Assembly (NCBI GenBank): GCA_048940925.1 | Contig: JBHLOC010000023.1 | Span: forward strand, 18,980 to 82,979 | Source of the DNA: Promethearchaeota archaeon | GTDB lineage: Archaea > Asgardarchaeota > Lokiarchaeia > Sigyniarchaeales > SOKP01 | Reading direction: 5' to 3' | Length of the DNA stretch: 64,000 nucleotides | In this document: positions 58,736-64,000 of the stretch, one piece after another | How the letters are laid out: each line of letters opens with the position of its first letter | Numbering within the stretch: the first letter of the stretch is position 1 | The notes under the pieces: generated by a model | The model's input: only the letters and a program-made list of their open reading frames with translations | Databases searched by the model: none | Told to the model about the DNA's origin: nothing | Made by a program: the position numbers and the translations under genes

Positions 58736-59947
58736 ATGGAAAGTATTCACCTTAATCAAAAGTGGCGATTTTGGCCCATACTATGTTTAGCATTCATATA
58801 TGCATTTAGTAATCCCCTATTAATGTTAGCAACTCCAATTTATTTCTTTCAACAAGGAGTTCAAATAAAATTTATTAGTATATTATCCACAGCTCTCACA
58901 GTCACCTATAGTATTTCTCCCATTGGATTAAATAAAATCTCCGATAGATTAGGACGAAGAAAAAGTGTTATTATTTCTATGATAGGAGCTACATGTGCTC
59001 AATTAACATTTTATATTACATTGGCACCTATTGCTTTTTTAATTGAGAGGTTATTCGAAGGTTTTATCTTAGGTTTCTTTTTTCCAAATCTTCAAGCAAG
59101 TATTTCGGATAATCAGTCTATCGATCATAATATATATCTAGCAAAATTTAATTTGTCTTGGAGTATCGCAATAGTATTAGGATTATTATTTGGTGCAATA
59201 TTATTACAATTTACAGATAATTTACAACTTCTTTTTTATATTAATCCTATTTTCTTAGCAATAAATGCTTTTATAGCAATTTTATTCTTCCAAGAGCCTA
59301 TCAATCCTAATTTCGAAATTCAAAATAGTGCTTCTGATTTTAATATTAATCATTCTGAAGATATCCAAACATCAATAACAATAAGTAATTATTATATTCC
59401 TGTAATCATCCCTTTACTATTTATACTTGCGAGTTCCTTTGCGTCAGGAAATGGTACTTTATTGTATCCAATTAGATCTGAAATACTAGGGTTTCATCCT
59501 TCAAGCACGTATTTTGTTAATGTATTTGCAACACTTAGTCAAACATTAGCAATGTATGTGGCAACACTTATCGCTTTAAATAAACTAAAAATTACTGCAG
59601 CATTTATATTGATTATTTACTCTTTTCTATTCATTTTATTCAATTTGAATGAAATTTATCCTCTTTTTATTATTTTGTTTATGTTTTCAGGATTCTTTTA
59701 CGGATTTCTATATGGAGCAGCATCAAAACTATTCCTCACTCTTAATATAATAAAGAAAACTTCCAAATATAGTAGCATTTCAGAAAGCTCTGTTGGAGTT
59801 ACATTTTTTATATCACAACTTTTTCTTGGGTTTATGGCGGATATTAACATAAGTTTAGCATATTCTATGTTATCTTTAACATTGATTGTAATTTTTCTCA
59901 TAAACCTTATTTTCATAAGAAAATTTCAAGAAGTTGAGAAAGTATAG
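58736..59947 (+). CDS. MFS transporter
   Basis: About 12 TMs, KISDRLGRRKS motif A, RLFEG. Confidence 0.88.
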   Translation: MESIHLNQKWRFWPILCLAFIYAFSNPLLMLATPIYFFQQGVQIKFISILSTALTVTYSISPIGLNKISDRLGRRKSVIISMIGATCAQLTFYITLAPIAFLIERLFEGFILGFFFPNLQASISDNQSIDHNIYLAKFNLSWSIAIVLGLLFGAILLQFTDNLQLLFYINPIFLAINAFIAILFFQEPINPNFEIQNSASDFNINHSEDIQTSITISNYYIPVIIPLLFILASSFASGNGTLLYPIRSEILGFHPSSTYFVNVFATLSQTLAMYVATLIALNKLKITAAFILIIYSFLFILFNLNEIYPLFIILFMFSGFFYGFLYGAASKLFLTLNIIKKTSKYSSISESSVGVTFFISQLFLGFMADINISLAYSMLSLTLIVIFLINLIFIRKFQEVEKV

Positions 59948-59948
59948 A

Positions 59949-60635
59949 ATGATTTCAAAAAAAGTTCTAAAAATATGTGCATCTATTTTAAATATAATCG
60001 GCTGTATTCAGTTCATAATTTTAACTAGCATTGCTATGTTGTATTATACAGGTGGGACTTACGCTGATCCTACTACTACTAATTATCAATTCTGCTATAA
60101 TTTTTTTAGTGATCTAGGTCGAACAGTTGCCCATTCAGGAAATCCTAACAAAATTGCTTTTATTCTTTTTTTAATTGCACTTTCTATTTGGGGATTATTA
60201 CAAATTCAATTTTATATTGCCTTAACCTTTTTATTTAAACATAATATAAATTTAAAATATTTTTCTTATACAGGATCAATTTTAGGAGTTCTTGCTGGAA
60301 TATGCTATATAGGGATTGCTTTTACACCATCAAATCTCTTAAATCCTCTTCATGATTTGTTTGTTGTAATAGCATTTTCTTCTATATTTTTAAGTATTTT
60401 ATTCTATTCAATAGCATTTTTTAAAAATAAGAATTTATCCCGTCTCTATGCCATAGCATTAATAGTTTCAGCATGTATTTTAGCTATTTATTTTGTGTTA
60501 TTATATCTATATCCAAACCATAGAACTCCAAAAGATTTATTTATCCAAGTAACCGGGCAAAAAATAATGATATATACATTATTAGTATCTGGGATTCTGC
60601 TCGGATATGCTTCCTTAAAATATAATCTTTCTTGA
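59949..60635 (+). CDS. Integral membrane protein (DUF998-like)
   Basis: YTGG, NFFSDLGR, H in TM4, QK in last TM; ATG 59949 follows the MFS stop. Confidence 0.65.
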   Translation: MISKKVLKICASILNIIGCIQFIILTSIAMLYYTGGTYADPTTTNYQFCYNFFSDLGRTVAHSGNPNKIAFILFLIALSIWGLLQIQFYIALTFLFKHNINLKYFSYTGSILGVLAGICYIGIAFTPSNLLNPLHDLFVVIAFSSIFLSILFYSIAFFKNKNLSRLYAIALIVSACILAIYFVLLYLYPNHRTPKDLFIQVTGQKIMIYTLLVSGILLGYASLKYNLS

Positions 60636-60713
60636 ATCAATTCTAAAATAAAATTTAAAGTCTTTGACCTTTTTAAATAAATAACACTTATTCTTTGTAT
60701 TAATGATAAAATT

Positions 60714-61445
60714 ATGAATAAAGAGAAAGAATTAATAAAACGACTACAAAATGGCTCGTTTCGTGGAATAGTATTTGATTTTGATGGAACTATATTGGAT
60801 GTAAGAGAGCTTCTTGAAAGATCTATCAAAGAAGTTCTTGAAGAGTATGGGATTGCTACTGATATGGATACTACCATTCAAGAAATAGGAGCTTTACTTG
60901 AAACCATTCAAGGATATTCTCTCCCGAAAGTCCTTCTTGAATCTTACGAGATATTCAAATATATTACTGTCCTCAGCGATTTGTCATATTTTAAAAAACT
61001 GCGAATTGCGATAAAAATTTTCTCAAAATACTTAGAATATTCAAAAGAAGCTCCCTTATTCCCTGCAGTAAGACCTCTCTTAAAAAGGCTAAAAAATAAG
61101 GTAGATCTATTTGTGGTTTCTCATAATAAAACAGAAACAATAATAGAGCATCTTAAAAGCAAAGATATTTATGACAATTTTAAAGGAATTTTTGGAAGTG
61201 ATATAATTCCAGCTCAAAAACCAGATCCTATGGCACTTCAACCAGCAATAGAATGTTATGATACAAGAAGAAGAGATGAATTTGTGATGGTAGGTGATAT
61301 GCCTTCAGATATTATTGCTGGCAGAGAAGCAGGATTTTGGACAGTAGGTATCGCTAGTGGAATTAGTAAAAAAGAGATGTTGGAGGAGCAGGATCCTGAT
61401 TTATTAATCGATTCATTAAATGATTTATTGCATTTAGTACAATAA
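60714..61445 (+). CDS. HAD-superfamily hydrolase (phosphoglycolate-phosphatase-like)
   Basis: VFDFDGTILD, VVSHN, QKPDP, MVGDMPSDIIAGREAG. Confidence 0.9.
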   Translation: MNKEKELIKRLQNGSFRGIVFDFDGTILDVRELLERSIKEVLEEYGIATDMDTTIQEIGALLETIQGYSLPKVLLESYEIFKYITVLSDLSYFKKLRIAIKIFSKYLEYSKEAPLFPAVRPLLKRLKNKVDLFVVSHNKTETIIEHLKSKDIYDNFKGIFGSDIIPAQKPDPMALQPAIECYDTRRRDEFVMVGDMPSDIIAGREAGFWTVGIASGISKKEMLEEQDPDLLIDSLNDLLHLVQ

Positions 61446-61590
61446 AACCTATTCTAGGCAACATTCAAAAACGTATAAATAAAAAGCACTACTCAATCAA
61501 GTTAATTATGAATATAAGAAGATAATACTAATAATTATAATTAATTCTTATAGTAAGCTTGTATTAAATAGATATATAAATGAGATTTAA

Positions 61591-61728
61591 GAAGAAATAA
61601 CCTTAGAATTTACTTTTTCAGAAAAACCAAGAGATGGATTTATTCCAGAATATCCTCTTTTCTTAATGCTAACTATTTTCACTGTAATTATTGCAATCCT
61701 CATCAGAATACACTACAAAAAGTTTTAA
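61591..61728 (+). pseudogene. Orphan C-terminal remnant of a Loki-CTERM-like surface gene
   Basis: Translates EEITLEFTFSEKPRDGFIPEYPLFLMLTIFTVIIAILIRIHYKKF*, homologous to the C-terminus of the next gene; in-frame TAA directly upstream. Confidence 0.65.
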
Positions 61729-61871
61729 ATCTTAAAAATTATTTTTCTTTTATTTACTTACATTTACATAAACGTCCTAATATGAGCGAAATATTTTTAT
61801 ATTTAATTATCAGATCTTTTAACCAACCGCAAATCTACATAAAATTTATACAGTTAAATGGTTTTACAAAA

Positions 61872-62927
61872 ATGAAAAATTCACGAAAAACAATTTTGAT
61901 TTTAAGTTTTAGCATAATCTTAATTTGGTCATTTTTTGCTCCGAGAACAGCTGCACAAGAATGGACCTATGATGGGGCAGATACAGAAAAAATACCTGAC
62001 TTTTCAGTGTATCCTTCTGAGTGGTATGTATTTAATGTTACAGTTTCCTCAATTCCCCCAGAAAATTATACAATCTTTGAAATAGAAAAAGGAAACTATT
62101 CAGATCCATATGATGTGGGATCTAATGGAACTAGTGTCTTTGGAAAGTTGTGGATGGTAAATGATACCTCACAAGAAAAATACTTACTTGATTCAAACTT
62201 CCCTTTTGTACAGTGGAATAAATCTGTTGGATATTTTACATCAATTATGGGGATTATCCCTGTTGAAGCTAATGGAATAGTTTCAGAGCAAATATTAGAT
62301 AATGTATCTGATTTCATTGAAATAGGTTTTGCTTTTTTTGGTTTTACTTTCGAACATTACGCCGTTTACCCAGATATATATTCATTTGCCCATTGGAATA
62401 GTTCTTATAATAATGCATACTTTTATGCGAATTTTACAAATGATGGAATTACAAAATCAGTTAATCATAATCTAGGACCTTCTTTCTATCCTAATATAAC
62501 ATTAATGTCTCAGCCAGCACAGCTCCCTCCAGAATTCAGTTTTACCACAGAACATGATACTTTAACTGTGAATTCAACAGAATTCAAGTTAAAAATCAAT
62601 GTTACTGATGCTGATAATAACAACGATGGAAAAGTTGATACAGATTATCTTTATCGTATCCAGAATGGTACAGAATGGTCAAACTGGACTACAATACCGA
62701 ATCTTCTAGATTGGGATTTAGGGGACGTCGAAGCGGGAAGTTATGGCATAACTGTAGAAGTAAAAAATATGTATGGAGTTACTCAAAAGGAAATAACCAT
62801 CGAATATGAGCCCCCTAAGAAAAAACCTGGAATTATCCCTAGTTATCCAATTGCCCTGATTTCTATAATTGTACTTTTTAGCATTTCTATTATCATTCAT
62901 AAATATCGGAAAAAATTAATACTGTAA
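61872..62927 (+). CDS. Secreted/surface protein with Loki-CTERM-like anchor; likely start ATG 61872
   Basis: Signal MKNSRKTILILSFSIILIW...AAQ, many NxS/T sequons, DADNNNDG loop, C-terminal IPSYP-TM-HKYRKK. Confidence 0.82.
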   Translation: MKNSRKTILILSFSIILIWSFFAPRTAAQEWTYDGADTEKIPDFSVYPSEWYVFNVTVSSIPPENYTIFEIEKGNYSDPYDVGSNGTSVFGKLWMVNDTSQEKYLLDSNFPFVQWNKSVGYFTSIMGIIPVEANGIVSEQILDNVSDFIEIGFAFFGFTFEHYAVYPDIYSFAHWNSSYNNAYFYANFTNDGITKSVNHNLGPSFYPNITLMSQPAQLPPEFSFTTEHDTLTVNSTEFKLKINVTDADNNNDGKVDTDYLYRIQNGTEWSNWTTIPNLLDWDLGDVEAGSYGITVEVKNMYGVTQKEITIEYEPPKKKPGIIPSYPIALISIIVLFSISIIIHKYRKKLIL

Positions 62928-63177
62928 AAAAACTATAATTAAATTCTCTATATCTTTTTTTTTATTTCTGTTATAGATTAAAATTACGCTAAACTAAACC
63001 ATGTTTAGTTATCATTAAAACAATTCATAATTATATTTTCAAATATAACGATAAAAAGGATTTGAAACCCTCTACTGCTATGAAGTAAAGATTTAAATAT
63101 GATTTATACTTACATCTCTAACGACATTTTTGTAATTTAATTTAAAATAAAATATGGAATTCAATGTGAGTAAAAAT

Positions 63178-64000
63178 ATGAAAAATACACTAAAAACAAT
63201 TTTGATTCTAAGTTTCAGTATAATCTTAATCTGTTCTTTCTTTATTCCACAAGCTAATGCACAAGAATGGACCTATGATGGAGCAGACACAGAAAGAATT
63301 CCTGGTTTTTCAATATTTCCTTCTGAATGGTATCTTTACAATTGGACAGGGCCATACTTTGCTCCTGAAAATTATACTATAATGGAAGTAAGCAAAGCAA
63401 ATATTTCTGAGGAAGATTATCCTCTTACTATGACACCTGCGAATGGTACAACTGTTTTTATAAATATGTATATGGTAAATGCAACCTCTGGAGAGAAGTC
63501 CACAATAGTGGAGGATGGTGAATTTTTTTGGTGGAATGAATCTGTAGGATATATTGCTATTCTTCCTATAATTATACCTGTAGGAGATAATGGTAAAGTT
63601 ACAGAGGATATACTAGATGATATATCTTATTATTGGAATTCATGGCTTGGCCTTGGCGGTGAAGCTTATGAATATCGTGCCATCTATCCAAATATCAATT
63701 CTTTTGCTTTATGGAATGTTTCTTATAATACTGCTTATTGGAAACAAAACTTTACAGATACCGGAATAGGGAAAACCCTTGAATACAGTGGCCAATATTG
63801 GGGTGGTCCTAATATGACGCTTATATCACAACCTGCACAGGAACCTCCAGAGTTCAGTGTTACTACAGAACATGATACATTAACTGTGAATTCAACAGAA
63901 TTCAAGTTAAAAATCAATGTTACTGATGCTGATAACAACAACGATGGAGATGTTGACACAGATTATCTGTATCGTATTCAAAATGGTACCGAATGGTCAG
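63178..64000 (+). CDS. Paralogous surface protein (3'-partial, absent from the ORF track)
   Basis: MKNTLKTILILSFSIILICSFFIPQANAQEWTYDGADTERIPGFSIFPSEWY..., open to the window end, collinear with 61872..62927. Confidence 0.85.
   Translation, partial: MKNTLKTILILSFSIILICSFFIPQANAQEWTYDGADTERIPGFSIFPSEWYLYNWTGPYFAPENYTIMEVSKANISEEDYPLTMTPANGTTVFINMYMVNATSGEKSTIVEDGEFFWWNESVGYIAILPIIIPVGDNGKVTEDILDDISYYWNSWLGLGGEAYEYRAIYPNINSFALWNVSYNTAYWKQNFTDTGIGKTLEYSGQYWGGPNMTLISQPAQEPPEFSVTTEHDTLTVNSTEFKLKINVTDADNNNDGDVDTDYLYRIQNGTEWS

Noticed and set aside
1122-63959. Many short nested or antisense ORFs in the track (e.g. 5176..5760, 10189..10545, 30879..31220, 60488..60877, 63735..63959)
   Set aside because: They overlap well-supported genes and have shadow-ORF composition.
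62547-63999. DGR template/variable repeat pair
   Set aside because: Mismatches are mostly synonymous third positions and not adenine-specific, both copies are coding, and no reverse transcriptase is in the window.

Overview
AT-rich (roughly 30% GC by eye), gene-dense archaeal chromosome segment. Gene content points to an Asgard archaeon of the Lokiarchaeia/Promethearchaeia type (inference from longin-GTPase and longin-membrane fusions, a Rab-like GTPase, LRR proteins and Loki-CTERM-like IP(G/S/E)Y-TM-basic tails). It encodes large surface proteins, beta-oxidation and peptide/amino-acid catabolism genes (including HypD and a tryptophanase-family lyase), ABC transporters, nadB and an ERCC4 nuclease. 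No rRNA, tRNA, CRISPR array or transposase was recognised. The main finding is a Rab-like small GTPase gene (minus strand, 41066-40455) that looks split but is interrupted by a 30-nt, stop-containing insert (40817-40788) right after the G3 motif. Its boundaries fold into an archaeal bulge-helix-bulge splicing motif whose two predicted cut sites match exactly the points that restore WDIAGQ-PQF. This is a candidate tRNA-endonuclease-type mRNA intron in a eukaryotic-signature gene, with a competing fold that could regulate splicing. Other points of interest: an LRR-RHH regulator with its own operator repeats, LMW-PTP genes flanking two membrane-longin paralogs, tandem-fused surface proteins with a conserved juxtamembrane motif, apparent non-canonical start codons, and a modular surface-gene array. 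All calls come from motif recognition by eye; no database searches were run.
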